This document shows, in pieces, positions 9,591-18,328 of a DNA stretch of 64,000 nucleotides (position 1 is its first letter; every line of letters starts with the position of its first letter). The notes under the pieces were generated by a model, which saw only the letters and a program-made list of their open reading frames with translations, was not told the origin of the DNA and made no database searches. Made by a program: the position numbers and the translations under genes. The DNA is taken from NCBI GenBank assembly GCA_963667785.2, contig CAXXMU010000001.1, positions 832,001 through 896,000 of the forward strand. The letters are read 5' to 3'. Source of the stretch: Alphaproteobacteria bacterium (GTDB taxonomy: Bacteria; Pseudomonadota; Alphaproteobacteria; UBA828).

Positions 9591-10172
9591 CTAGCGCGCT
9601 CGCCCCTCGGGCGAGGGGTCCGCGCTTCCTTCCAGCCAGCGGGGCGCGAACGCCAGCACCGCGATATCGGGCGGGAGCTGCGGGTTGAAGAGCGCGTTGT
9701 GCCACCAGGTCTCCTCGCGGTGCGCGTCGCCCGCCGGCAGCAGGGTCACCGCACTTGGCAGCGCGTAGCGCTGGCCGTCCTGGGCGAACGCCAGCACGCA
9801 GCGCCCCTCGCGCGCAAGCGCGGCGGCGAGCGCGGAGTTGGCCGCGAAGGTCGCCGTCAGCAGGCCGCTGAAATCGCGCGCATACTGGTAGTAGCGCTCG
9901 GCCAGCAGGGTCAGCGCCGCCTCGCGCCTGGTGCGCGGGTCGTGGGTGCGCCGGGCCAGATGGCGGAACTCGGGCGCGAACGACTCCGCGTCGTGGCGGA
10001 CCAGCAGGGTCGTAACCGCCGGCGCCAGCGCCGTGCCGCCTGCGTCCAGCAGTTGCGGCTGCATGCCGGGCGCCGGCCGGCCTTCGCGGCGTCGCATGGC
10101 GTCCGCGCGTATCCGGCACTGCCAGCCGATGAAGTGATCGCGCAGGCGCTCCGCTCGCGGGGTGGCAGTCAC
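9591..10172 (-). CDS. Hypothetical protein
   Basis: Protein-like ORF (LRDHFIGWQCRIR...WWHNALFNP) convergent with the operon; GTG start. Confidence 0.65.
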   Translation of the reverse strand: MTATPRAERLRDHFIGWQCRIRADAMRRREGRPAPGMQPQLLDAGGTALAPAVTTLLVRHDAESFAPEFRHLARRTHDPRTRREAALTLLAERYYQYARDFSGLLTATFAANSALAAALAREGRCVLAFAQDGQRYALPSAVTLLPAGDAHREETWWHNALFNPQLPPDIAVLAFAPRWLEGSADPSPEGRAR

Positions 10173-10361
10173 GGCCCGTCAGCCCTGTTCGTCACGATCC
10201 GCCCGCCAGGTCCGCCCGTACGATGCGCCCGCGATGGTAGCCGCGGGGCCGCCCCGCGGCCACCGTAGCCAACGCTGGTCGCGTCCCCGCCGTGCCGTTG
10301 TCGGTGACGCGGCGGCAGCCTAGGATCGAACGCCATACCCATCAGCCGAGACGAGGCCACC

Positions 10362-11927
10362 ATGTCGCGCGGCCCTGAGCTGCCCTCCATCAATCAACTG
10401 GCCGAGATCGCGGACGACTTCGGGCTCGACATGTCGCTCGAGGATCTCACCAACCAGCGCGAGGCCATGCGGGGCGCCATCGCGAGCCTGCGCCACGTCG
10501 ACGACATGCCGGAGGAGCGCCCGCAGGTGGCGTACCCGCGCACGCCCGGCTACCGCCCGCATCCGGACGAGAACCCCTACAACGCCTGGTACTGGCGGAC
10601 CGAGGTGAAGGGCGCGGACGCGGGCCCGCTCGCCGGCGAGGAGGTCGGCGTCAAGGATGTGGTCTCGCTGGCCGGCGTGCCGATGATGAACGGCGCGCGC
10701 GCCCTCGAGGGCCACGTGCCGACCATCGACGCCACCATCGTCACCCGCCTGCTCGACGCCGGCGCCACCATCGTCGGCAAGACGGCCTGCGCCGACTTCT
10801 CCTTCTCGGGTGGCGGCCACACCAGCGGCTACGGCCCGGTGCGCAATCCGCGCAAGCCGACGCACGCGCCCGGCGGTTCGTCGAAGGGGAGCGCCGCGGC
10901 GGTGGCCGCCGGCGACGTGGCGATGGCGATCGGCGGCGATCAGGGCGGATCGATCCGCATCCCCGCTTCGTGGTGCGGCGTGGTCGGACACAAGGCGACC
11001 TACGGGCTCATCCCCTATACCGGCTGCCTCGCGATCGAGATGACCCTCGATCACATCGGCCCGATGACGGACACCGTCGAGAACTGCGCTCGCATGCTCT
11101 CGGTGCTCGCCGGCCCCGATCCGCTCGATCCGCGCCAGCGGGGCGTGATCCCCGAGAGCTACGTGCAGGACTATCTGCCTGCAATCGGCGCGGGCTGCGA
11201 GGGCATTCGCATCGGCGTGCTCACCGAGGGCTTCGGCCAGACGGAGGAGACCTGGCCCGAGTTCGGCCTGCCGGGGAGCGTGCCGGCGGTGGACGAATCC
11301 GTGCGCGCGGCCGTGCGCCGGCTGGCCGAGCGCGGGGCCGAGGTGAGCGAGGTCTCCGTGCCCGCGCACTACCACGGGCTCAGGCTCTGGTTCGCCATCG
11401 CCGCCGAGGGTGCGACCGAGTTCATGCTCAAGGCGGGCGGCGTCGGCACGGGCTGGATCGGCTACTACGACACCCAGTTCCTGGAACATGCGTCGCGGGC
11501 GGCGCTCACCCGCCAGAACGACTATCCCCACACCGTGAAGAACGTCCTCCTGCTCGGCGGGTATCTCAAGCGCTACTACCACGGCACCTACTACGCCAAG
11601 GCGCAGAACCAGCGCCGCCGGCTCACGGCCGACTACGACGCGGCGCTCCGGGATGTGGACGTGCTGGTGCTGCCGACCATTCCGCACCTGTCTGCACCGA
11701 TCCCGAGCCTCGATGCCGAGTTCGGGGAATACATGTCCCGGGCGCTGAGCATGATCAACAACACGCCGCAGTTCAATCTGACCGGCCATCCGGCCATCAG
11801 CGTGCCCTGCGGCGTGAGCGACGGGCTCCCCATCGGCTGCCAGATCGTCGGCCGCCACTTCGATGATCTCACGGCGCTGAAGGTCGCCGATGCGCTGGAG
11901 AAGAGCGCCGACTGGCAGAGCCTGTAG
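10362..11927 (+). CDS. Amidase signature family protein
   Basis: VGVKD catalytic Lys; PGGSSKGS; GGDQGGSIRIPASWCG; FNLTGHPAISVP. Confidence 0.93.
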   Translation: MSRGPELPSINQLAEIADDFGLDMSLEDLTNQREAMRGAIASLRHVDDMPEERPQVAYPRTPGYRPHPDENPYNAWYWRTEVKGADAGPLAGEEVGVKDVVSLAGVPMMNGARALEGHVPTIDATIVTRLLDAGATIVGKTACADFSFSGGGHTSGYGPVRNPRKPTHAPGGSSKGSAAAVAAGDVAMAIGGDQGGSIRIPASWCGVVGHKATYGLIPYTGCLAIEMTLDHIGPMTDTVENCARMLSVLAGPDPLDPRQRGVIPESYVQDYLPAIGAGCEGIRIGVLTEGFGQTEETWPEFGLPGSVPAVDESVRAAVRRLAERGAEVSEVSVPAHYHGLRLWFAIAAEGATEFMLKAGGVGTGWIGYYDTQFLEHASRAALTRQNDYPHTVKNVLLLGGYLKRYYHGTYYAKAQNQRRRLTADYDAALRDVDVLVLPTIPHLSAPIPSLDAEFGEYMSRALSMINNTPQFNLTGHPAISVPCGVSDGLPIGCQIVGRHFDDLTALKVADALEKSADWQSL

Positions 11928-11954
11928 CCGTCGCGGTGGCGCGCGCCCTTCGAG

Positions 11955-13535
11955 ATGCACGGATCGGTGGCGACGATGGAAGGGTCGGAGCGCTGGACCG
12001 TCCGCAAGCCCGTCGTGACGAGCAGCGGGGGCGTGGTCGCGACGCAGCATCAGGCCGCCTCCGAGGTCGGCGCCCGCGTGCTGGCAGACGGCGGCAACGC
12101 CGTGGATGCCGCCGTCGCCGCGAGCGTCGCGCTGGCCGCGGTCGAGCCCTGGATGAGCGGACTCGGCGGCGGCGGCTACATGCTCGTCCGCTCCGCCGGC
12201 GAGGACCGCACCTGGACGATCTCGTTCGGGATGGTGGCGCCAGGCGCGCTGGACCCGGCGGACTACCCGCTCACCGGCGAGACCGGCGCGGACATGTTCG
12301 GCTGGCCGGCGGTGCTGGACGATCGCAACCTGCGGGGCCCGCTCGCGGTGGCGGTGCCGGGCCAGGTCGCGGGCCTCGCCCTGGCGCACGAGTGTTTCGG
12401 CACCTGGCGCTGGGCCGATCTGCTGGCGCCCGCGTGCGCGCTCGCCGAGCAGGGCCTGGCGGTCGACTGGCATACGACGCTGGCAATCGCGGCGACCGCG
12501 CAGGAGCTCGCCGGGGACCCCGTCTGCGCCGCGATCTACATGCCGGACGGATTGCCGCTGGCCGCACCCTGGACCGGGCCCGCACCCTGTATCCGCCTGG
12601 GGTCGCTGGCCGGGACGCTGCGCCGGCTCGCCGAGGCGGGGCCCGAGGACTTCTATTCCGGCGAGATCGCCCGTGCCGTATGCGCCGACATGGCGGCGCT
12701 CGGTGGGCGCCTCTCGGCGGCCGATCTCGCTTCCTACGAGGCCCGGGTCGAGGAGACGCCCGCGGCTCGCTACCGGGACGCCCTGGTGCGGACGGCATCG
12801 GGGCTCACCGCCGGCCCGACGCTGGTCGACGTGCTGAACCGCCTCTCGGGCTCGCTCGATCCCGCCGCCGCGACGGAGGGCGAGACCTACTGTGCCTATG
12901 CCGAGGCGTTGCGCGGCGCCTATGCCGCGCGGCTGCGGGCGCTCGGTGACAGCACGAGCGCGGATCGCGCCTCCTGCACCAGCCATCTCGGCGCGGTCGA
13001 CCGGGACGGCACCGTCGTCGCGCTGACCCAGACCCTGCTCTCGCCCTTCGGTGCCAAGGTGATGCTGCCGGAGACCGGGATCCTGATGAACAACGGCATC
13101 ATGTGGTTCGATCCCCGGCCCGGCGGACCCAACTCGATCGCGCCCGGCAAGCGCCCGCTCTCCAACATGTGCCCGACGATCGTCGAGTTCGAGGACGGCC
13201 GCTGTGCAGGCCTCGGCGCATCGGGCGGGCGCCGCATCCTGCCTGCCGTGGCGCAACTGCTCTCCTTCCTCGCGGACTTCGGCATGAGCCTGGACGAGGC
13301 CGTGCACAGCCCGCGCATCAATGTCGACGGACCCGGCCTCGTCGAGGCGGATGCGCGGCTGCCGGCAGGCACCCTCGCCATGCTCGAGGCCCGGTTCGAT
13401 CTCTCGGTCCGGCCCTACGGGGTTCATCCCTCGTCCTACGCCTGCCCGAACGCGGTCGTCTGGGAGCCTGCGACGGGCACGGCCACCGGCGCCGCCCACG
13501 TCATGTCCCCCAATGCGTGCGTCGGCGCGCCCTGA
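11955..13535 (+). CDS. ggt: Gamma-glutamyltransferase family protein
   Basis: GGNAVDAAVA, VEPWMSGLGGGG, catalytic T in CTSHLGAVD, GKRPLSNMCP. Confidence 0.88.
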   Translation: MHGSVATMEGSERWTVRKPVVTSSGGVVATQHQAASEVGARVLADGGNAVDAAVAASVALAAVEPWMSGLGGGGYMLVRSAGEDRTWTISFGMVAPGALDPADYPLTGETGADMFGWPAVLDDRNLRGPLAVAVPGQVAGLALAHECFGTWRWADLLAPACALAEQGLAVDWHTTLAIAATAQELAGDPVCAAIYMPDGLPLAAPWTGPAPCIRLGSLAGTLRRLAEAGPEDFYSGEIARAVCADMAALGGRLSAADLASYEARVEETPAARYRDALVRTASGLTAGPTLVDVLNRLSGSLDPAAATEGETYCAYAEALRGAYAARLRALGDSTSADRASCTSHLGAVDRDGTVVALTQTLLSPFGAKVMLPETGILMNNGIMWFDPRPGGPNSIAPGKRPLSNMCPTIVEFEDGRCAGLGASGGRRILPAVAQLLSFLADFGMSLDEAVHSPRINVDGPGLVEADARLPAGTLAMLEARFDLSVRPYGVHPSSYACPNAVVWEPATGTATGAAHVMSPNACVGAP

Positions 13536-13572
13536 CCGGGGACGGGGACCTCGGGGAGGAACGGAGGAATCG

Positions 13573-14331
13573 ATGCAGAGCCGAACGCGCATCGGCATGA
13601 TCACGCCGTCGCTCAACACGGTGCTGGAGCCCGTGACCTACGCCATGCTCGCGGGCCTGCCCGACGTGACCGCGCATTTCAGCCGGCTCTCGGTGAGCAG
13701 CATCGCGCTCGACGAGGAGGCGAAGGCGCAGTTCGCCGACGAGCCGATGCTCGCGGCCGCGCGCCTGCTGGCCGATGCCCGCGTCCATGCGATCTGCTGG
13801 AACGGCACCGCCGGAAGCTGGCTCGGCCCCGACTTCGACCGGCGGCTCTGCGAAGCGATCGCGCGCGAGACCGGGATTCCCGCGACGAGCGCCACGCTGG
13901 CGCTGGCGGAGCTCTTCCGCAGCCGGGGAATCACGCGCTTCGCCCTGGTGACGCCGTTCGAGGACGCGCTGCAGGAGGCGATCATCGACACCTACCGGCG
14001 CGAGGGCTTCGAGTGCGTGGCCGAGCGTCACCTCGACAGCGACGACACCTTCGGCTACGCCGCCGTCCCGCCGGCGGACACCGAAGGGATGATGCGCGCC
14101 GTCGCCGACGCCGGCCCCGAGGTCATCGCCGCGGTCTGCACGAACATGATGGGCGCCCCCCACGCCCGCGCCATGGAGGCGGAGGCCGGCCGGCCGGTCT
14201 ACGACAGCGTGGCGGCGGCGCTCTGGGGCACGCTCGCGCTCGCGGGCGTCGATCCAGGCCGGGTCGACGGCTGGGGCGAGCTCTTCTCCGTCACGCCCGC
14301 TTCACTGGAGCGTCTCGGCGCCGTCGTCTGA
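13573..14331 (+). CDS. Asp/Glu racemase / maleate isomerase family protein
   Basis: RIGMITPSLNTVLEP, ICWNGTAG, AVCTNM; GGAGG RBS before ATG 13573. Confidence 0.85.
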   Translation: MQSRTRIGMITPSLNTVLEPVTYAMLAGLPDVTAHFSRLSVSSIALDEEAKAQFADEPMLAAARLLADARVHAICWNGTAGSWLGPDFDRRLCEAIARETGIPATSATLALAELFRSRGITRFALVTPFEDALQEAIIDTYRREGFECVAERHLDSDDTFGYAAVPPADTEGMMRAVADAGPEVIAAVCTNMMGAPHARAMEAEAGRPVYDSVAAALWGTLALAGVDPGRVDGWGELFSVTPASLERLGAVV

Positions 14332-14356
14332 GAGGGGGCGGGGCGGCCCGCCCGGC

Positions 14357-15289
14357 TCAGGCGCTCGCTGCCTGCTCCTGCGGCGGCTCCAGCAGGTCGG
14401 CCACCGGCGTCGCGTGCCAGCCGTCGGCCCGCTTGGACCAGTAGAGGTCGGCGAGCCGGCCGGTGGTGATGCCCGGTGCGCCGTTGCCGATCGGCTTGTC
14501 GTTGACCCGGACGACCGGCATCACGCCGCCGCCGGACGACGAGATGAAGGCCTCGCTCGCCTGCTCCAGGTCCTCCGCCCGCAGGTCCGCCGCCTCGGCC
14601 TCGAGGCCGATGTCGCTGCAGAGGTCGAACACGGTCTTGCGGGTGATCCCTTCCAGCAGGTTCTCGCCAGGCGTCAACGCCTTGCCGTCGCGGATGATCC
14701 ACACGTTGAAGCCGGGCCCTTCCGTCAGGTAGCCCTCGGTCGACAGCAGCACCGGCTGGTCGGCGCCGGCATCGAGCGCCTCGAAGTGGGCGGCGGTGAG
14801 GTCCATCCGGTTGAAGTTCTTGCAGCGCTGGTTGATGGCGGCGTCCGGCGCGCGGCGGGTCTCGGCGATCCAGAGATGCGCGCCCGACTTCACCTTCGGC
14901 TCCGGCACGATGGTGTAGTAGGGCACCGCATAGGCGATCAGCTCGTTCTCGGACGAGCGCGGGTCGCCGAAGGCGGCGCCGCCGGCATAGCGCCCGCGGG
15001 TGCAGAGCACGTAGACGATCGAATCGGTGAAGCCCGCACGGTCGACACATTGCGCCATGATGTGCCTGATCTCGGCGTCCGCCAGCGGCGGCGTGAGCCG
15101 CACCAGCGCGCAGGAATCGTAGAAGCGCTTCATGTGGTCTTCGAGCCGGAAGAAGATGCCGTCGCAGACCGTGACCGCGTCGAACACCACGTCGCTCTTG
15201 TGGAAGGCCGGGTCGAGGATCGGTATCGATGCCTCCTCGATCGGCACGTAGCGACCCTGGCAATAGGCGATTCCCTTCGATTCCGACAT
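14357..15289 (-). CDS. PLP fold-type IV aminotransferase (BCAT/DAAT/R-ATA family)
   Basis: FRLEDHMKRF, catalytic Lys in RCKNFN, TEGPGFN, LLEGITRK, EAFISSSGGG. Confidence 0.9.
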   Translation of the reverse strand: MSESKGIAYCQGRYVPIEEASIPILDPAFHKSDVVFDAVTVCDGIFFRLEDHMKRFYDSCALVRLTPPLADAEIRHIMAQCVDRAGFTDSIVYVLCTRGRYAGGAAFGDPRSSENELIAYAVPYYTIVPEPKVKSGAHLWIAETRRAPDAAINQRCKNFNRMDLTAAHFEALDAGADQPVLLSTEGYLTEGPGFNVWIIRDGKALTPGENLLEGITRKTVFDLCSDIGLEAEAADLRAEDLEQASEAFISSSGGGVMPVVRVNDKPIGNGAPGITTGRLADLYWSKRADGWHATPVADLLEPPQEQAASA

Positions 15290-15524
15290 GACTGCGGCCT
15301 CCCGGACGGCGTTGTGCGGACTGGTCGGGACCCTACGGCGGCGCGACGCCTGCGGTCAATGTCTCCGGCGCCGGGCTTCCACCCGCCACAAATATCGCCC
15401 GAGCGGCCAGAAGGGTGCAGAAACGAATCGGGCAAGGCGGCGGAAGCCGCTATGATTGGGCTGCGTGACGAAGCGGGGCGAACCCGCCGCAGCGCCGGTC
15501 TCACAGAAAGCAAGTTGGTCCATC

Positions 15525-16073
15525 ATGTCAGACATCAGTTCACCGCCTCCCTCCGGCGGCCCGATCACCGCCTCGGTCAAGTGGTTCAATCCCACCAAGG
15601 GCTTCGGCTTCCTCGTTCCCGACGACGGCTCGCCCGACGTCTTTTGCCACGTGTCCGCGGTCGAGCGGGCCGGCTACGACACGCTCGCCCAGGGGGCCAC
15701 GGTCACCTGCGAAATCGTGCAGGGGCAGAAGGGCCCGCAGGTCTCGCAAATCCTGAACGTCGATACCTCGACCGCGACCGCTCCGCTGCCGCGCAGCGAC
15801 CGGCCGCGCCGCGCCGGTCCGGGCGGCTACCAGGCCCGGCGTTTCAACGAGCCGATGGGCCCGACAGAGGAAATCGAGGGCACGGTCAAGTTCTACAACG
15901 TGAGCAAGAGCTACGGCTTCGCGACGCCCGACGGCGGCGGGCAGGACGTGTTCATTCACGCCAAGGTGCTGGCCCGCTCCGGCCTCGACGACCTGGAGCC
16001 CCAGCAGCGGGTGCGGCTGACGATTACCCAGGGCCCGCGCGGGCCGCAGGCCACCAATATCGAGCTGATCTGA
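15525..16073 (+). CDS. Tandem cold-shock-domain protein
   Basis: Two CSDs: VKWFNPTKGFGF...DVFCH and VKFYNVSKSYGF...DVFIH. Confidence 0.92.
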   Translation: MSDISSPPPSGGPITASVKWFNPTKGFGFLVPDDGSPDVFCHVSAVERAGYDTLAQGATVTCEIVQGQKGPQVSQILNVDTSTATAPLPRSDRPRRAGPGGYQARRFNEPMGPTEEIEGTVKFYNVSKSYGFATPDGGGQDVFIHAKVLARSGLDDLEPQQRVRLTITQGPRGPQATNIELI

Positions 16074-16228
16074 GCCTGCACGCTTGCGACGCGCGGCTCC
16101 GCCCGGCGGGCCGCGCCGCCGCACGGGGAGGCGGCCGCGGGGCCGCAGGGAGCGAACGTGGGCGCCACCGGAGCGTCACCCGTGTGTGGCTCAGTCCTTG
16201 GCGGTGTTTTTCTCGGTGGCGAAGTCGG

Positions 16229-16377
16229 CGCTTCACGACGGGCGTTGCCGCACGCCATGCAAGACTCGCTTCCGGCTGGCGGGCTGCGCCTTTGCCGGGC
16301 GGGAGTCGAACCCGCTGGATCGCTACGAGAGGTTTCAGTTCGTGGCATCCTCCTCTCCAGGGCTTACCCTGGCGCAA
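16229..16377 (-). mobile_element. Group II intron 5' fragment (part of domain I), truncated
   Basis: Minus strand reads TTGCGCCAGGGTAAGCCCTGGAGAGGAGGATG...CTGAAACCTCTCGTAGCGATCCAGCGGGTTCGACTCCCGCCCGGCAAAGGCGCAGCCCGCCAGCCGGAAGCGAGTCTTGC...GTGAAGCG. It has a (G/U)UGCG 5' boundary and stems that I recognise from bacterial IIB introns; no DV/DVI or RT follows. Confidence 0.7.
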
Positions 16378-17320
16378 TAAGCGTCCGGGCAACGCGGAAG
16401 CCGAAGGTGACGACCCGGTTCCCGACGCTGTACCCGAGGCGGATGGCGGAACGGAGGAACCACGGTATGTTGCTCCACGAACCGCCGCGCAATATGCGCT
16501 TCCCGCAATCACCGCCCGCCACCCAAGCGCTGCCGTCCGACGGCGCGCCCGCATAGTCATTGTGCCAGCAGTCCTCGACCCATTCCGATACATTGCCCGA
16601 CATGTCATGCAAGCCGAAACCGTTCGCCGCAAACGAACCCGCCGGAGCCGTTTCACGGCCGTCCCAGCGGCTGCCGCAGCCGCGGCAGTTCGCCCGGTTC
16701 CGGCCCACCGAATCCCCCCAGCTATAGCGCGTCCGCGTCTTCGCGCGCGCCGCATATTCCCACTCCGCCTCCGTCAACAGCCGGTACTCCTTCCCCGTCT
16801 TCCGCGACAGCCACGCGACATACGACCGCGCTTCGTTCCAGGTCACATGGATGACCGGCCGACTTCCACGGCCCCAGCCCTTGTCATCGGGGCGGTACCC
16901 GTCGCACCCGCCAGCGGATACGCAGGTATCCCATTCCGCAAACGTCACCTCGTGTTTGCCCACCGCAAAGGGTTGCGAGATCGTCACCTCATGCTGCAGG
17001 ACTTCATCTCCGTCACGGCCTTCTTCCGACCTCGGCGAGCCCATGACGAACGAACCCGCCGGCACCACCACCATTTCCGGACAGGACGGGCAATCCCGGA
17101 ATGTTTCCCCCGCCTTCGGCCCCACTTCCGCTTCGGCCAGCAGCGCCGTCGGAACAAACCCCGCACGCCCGCCTGCCTCGACACGGCCCGCTGCGTCATG
17201 CAGCGCAATCTCTTCTGCTGCCTTTACAACATCATCCACGCTTCCGGCTGTTCCGTCGCTGGCAAGAAGCGAAGCGGCTACGAAGGCCACGGCGGAGAGG
17301 GTACGGGCTATGAGTTTCAT
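16364..17320 (-). CDS. Secreted FGE-sulfatase (SUMF1/CLec-fold) domain protein; putative DGR target
   Basis: Signal-like N-terminus MKLIARTLSAVAFVAASLLA; FRDCPSCPEMVVVPAGSFVMGS, RLLTEAEWEYAARA, NGFGLHDMSGNVSEW, RGGSW...GFRVARTL; lower GC than flanks. Confidence 0.88.
   Translation of the reverse strand: MKLIARTLSAVAFVAASLLASDGTAGSVDDVVKAAEEIALHDAAGRVEAGGRAGFVPTALLAEAEVGPKAGETFRDCPSCPEMVVVPAGSFVMGSPRSEEGRDGDEVLQHEVTISQPFAVGKHEVTFAEWDTCVSAGGCDGYRPDDKGWGRGSRPVIHVTWNEARSYVAWLSRKTGKEYRLLTEAEWEYAARAKTRTRYSWGDSVGRNRANCRGCGSRWDGRETAPAGSFAANGFGLHDMSGNVSEWVEDCWHNDYAGAPSDGSAWVAGGDCGKRILRGGSWSNIPWFLRSAIRLGYSVGNRVVTFGFRVARTLIAPG
16379..16489 (-). other. Putative DGR variable region (VR) with IMH-like 3' end
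   Basis: NNC codons (AGC AAC, TTC, ATC, CTC, TAC AGC GTC, AAC, GTC GTC ACC TTC) within the invariant RGGSW/P/LRSA/R/GFRVARTL scaffold. Confidence 0.55.
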
Positions 17321-17344
17321 GTTGGCACGATCATCTGATCGTTT

Positions 17345-17550
17345 GTCGTCGGCGCGATATAGCGCGACAATCTGGATGAGAGCCGCCTCCGCCGCCCCGT
17401 AGCTCAAGACAAGTCGGCTACCCTGTTCCTCCAGCGCCTTCGCAAGCGCCTTCAGACTGCCGTGCAACCACCAGCGCGACGCGACCCCGAGGGCAGTATC
17501 GCCTGCCTCTTCGTCCAGCACAAACAACGGAACAACGGGCCGCCCAGCGC
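17345..17550 (-). pseudogene. DNA photolyase N-terminal fragment
   Basis: GRPVVPLFVLDEE...LGVASRWWLHGSLKALAKALEEQGSRLVL matches the CPD photolyase N-terminus; both ends missing; boundaries approximate. Confidence 0.75.
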
Positions 17551-17989
17551 CGGCGCCGGTCGCTGGCGTGGGGCACCGGCGGCGGAAGTCGTCTACGGCC
17601 CGACGCACGGCTCCCTCACCGCCGTCATCCCGTCGGACGGCCACCGCGTCGCGCCCAGGGGTGTGCGCGGCGGCGCCGACGCGACGCCCGGCCGGACCGT
17701 CAGGATCGACAGCGACGGCCGCGAGACGGTGCTCCCCAACTTCGTGCGCCTCACCCTCGTGCCCGGCGAGCGTTTGCGCGCGGTGGAAGGCGGCGGGGCC
17801 GGCTACGGCGACCCGCTCGCGCGAGAGCCCGCGCATGTGCTGCGGGACGTGGAGGAGGGGTGGGAGACGCAGGCGCGGGCGCGCGACGTCTACGGCGTGG
17901 CGCTCGCCGCGCCGGACGCGAAGGCGCCGCTCGCCGTCGACCGGGCCGCAACCCGCGCCCTGCGCGAGAGGCTGGGCGCGCCAGCGTAG
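17545..17989 (+). pseudogene. Hydantoinase B/oxoprolinase C-terminal fragment
   Basis: GAGRWRGAP, GVRGG, GGGAGYGDPLAREPAHVLRDVEEGW...ARDVYGV...VDRAATRALR; 5' part absent. Confidence 0.8.
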
Positions 17990-18280
17990 CCCGCATTTCT
18001 CACCATGGTTACGGCCTGCGTCGCGCCCAGGCGTTCGATCCGCCAGGAGTGGGCCGAAAAGCGTATCAGGGAATACGGTTGAGGCTCGCATCGTGCGCTC
18101 CGCGCGCGTGGACGCGCGACGCGGGCGGGCGCCTGGGCGCGACCCGAAGGGCGGCGCCGTCCGGCCGACAGTGTGCGTCGAAGCGCTTGCCCGATGTACC
18201 CGCATCGCGCTGCGCGCCCCTCCTACCCTGTCGGACGGACAGCGCCGCGCAGACCATGACCCTGGTGAGAAATGCGGGCT
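17988..18280. mobile_element. MITE with ~39-bp imperfect terminal inverted repeats, possibly IS1380-derived
   Basis: Left AGCCCGCATTTCTCACCA / right TGGTGAGAAATGCGGGCT (18-bp perfect, extends imperfectly); no transposase; two internal IR pairs. Confidence 0.75.
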
Positions 18281-18328
18281 CCTGACCCGTTCCGGAAGTC
18301 TCCATCCTTGCGCGCCTCCCCCAACTCT

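Noticed and set aside
10320-13619. Very long antisense or alternate-frame ORFs (e.g. 10320-13619, 14414-17338, 20807-23665, 29386-32385, 44852-48157)
   Set aside because: Shadow ORFs of real genes, caused by stop-codon scarcity at high GC; no recognisable motifs
16290-16320. GGGTTCGACTCCC (minus strand) as a tRNA T-arm
   Set aside because: No cloverleaf or CCA end; it sits inside the group II intron-like domain I sequence
16364-18205. 613-aa ORF as a single photolyase-FGE fusion protein
   Set aside because: It runs through the MITE and the antisense of the hydantoinase fragment; better explained as a chance open frame across a mosaic
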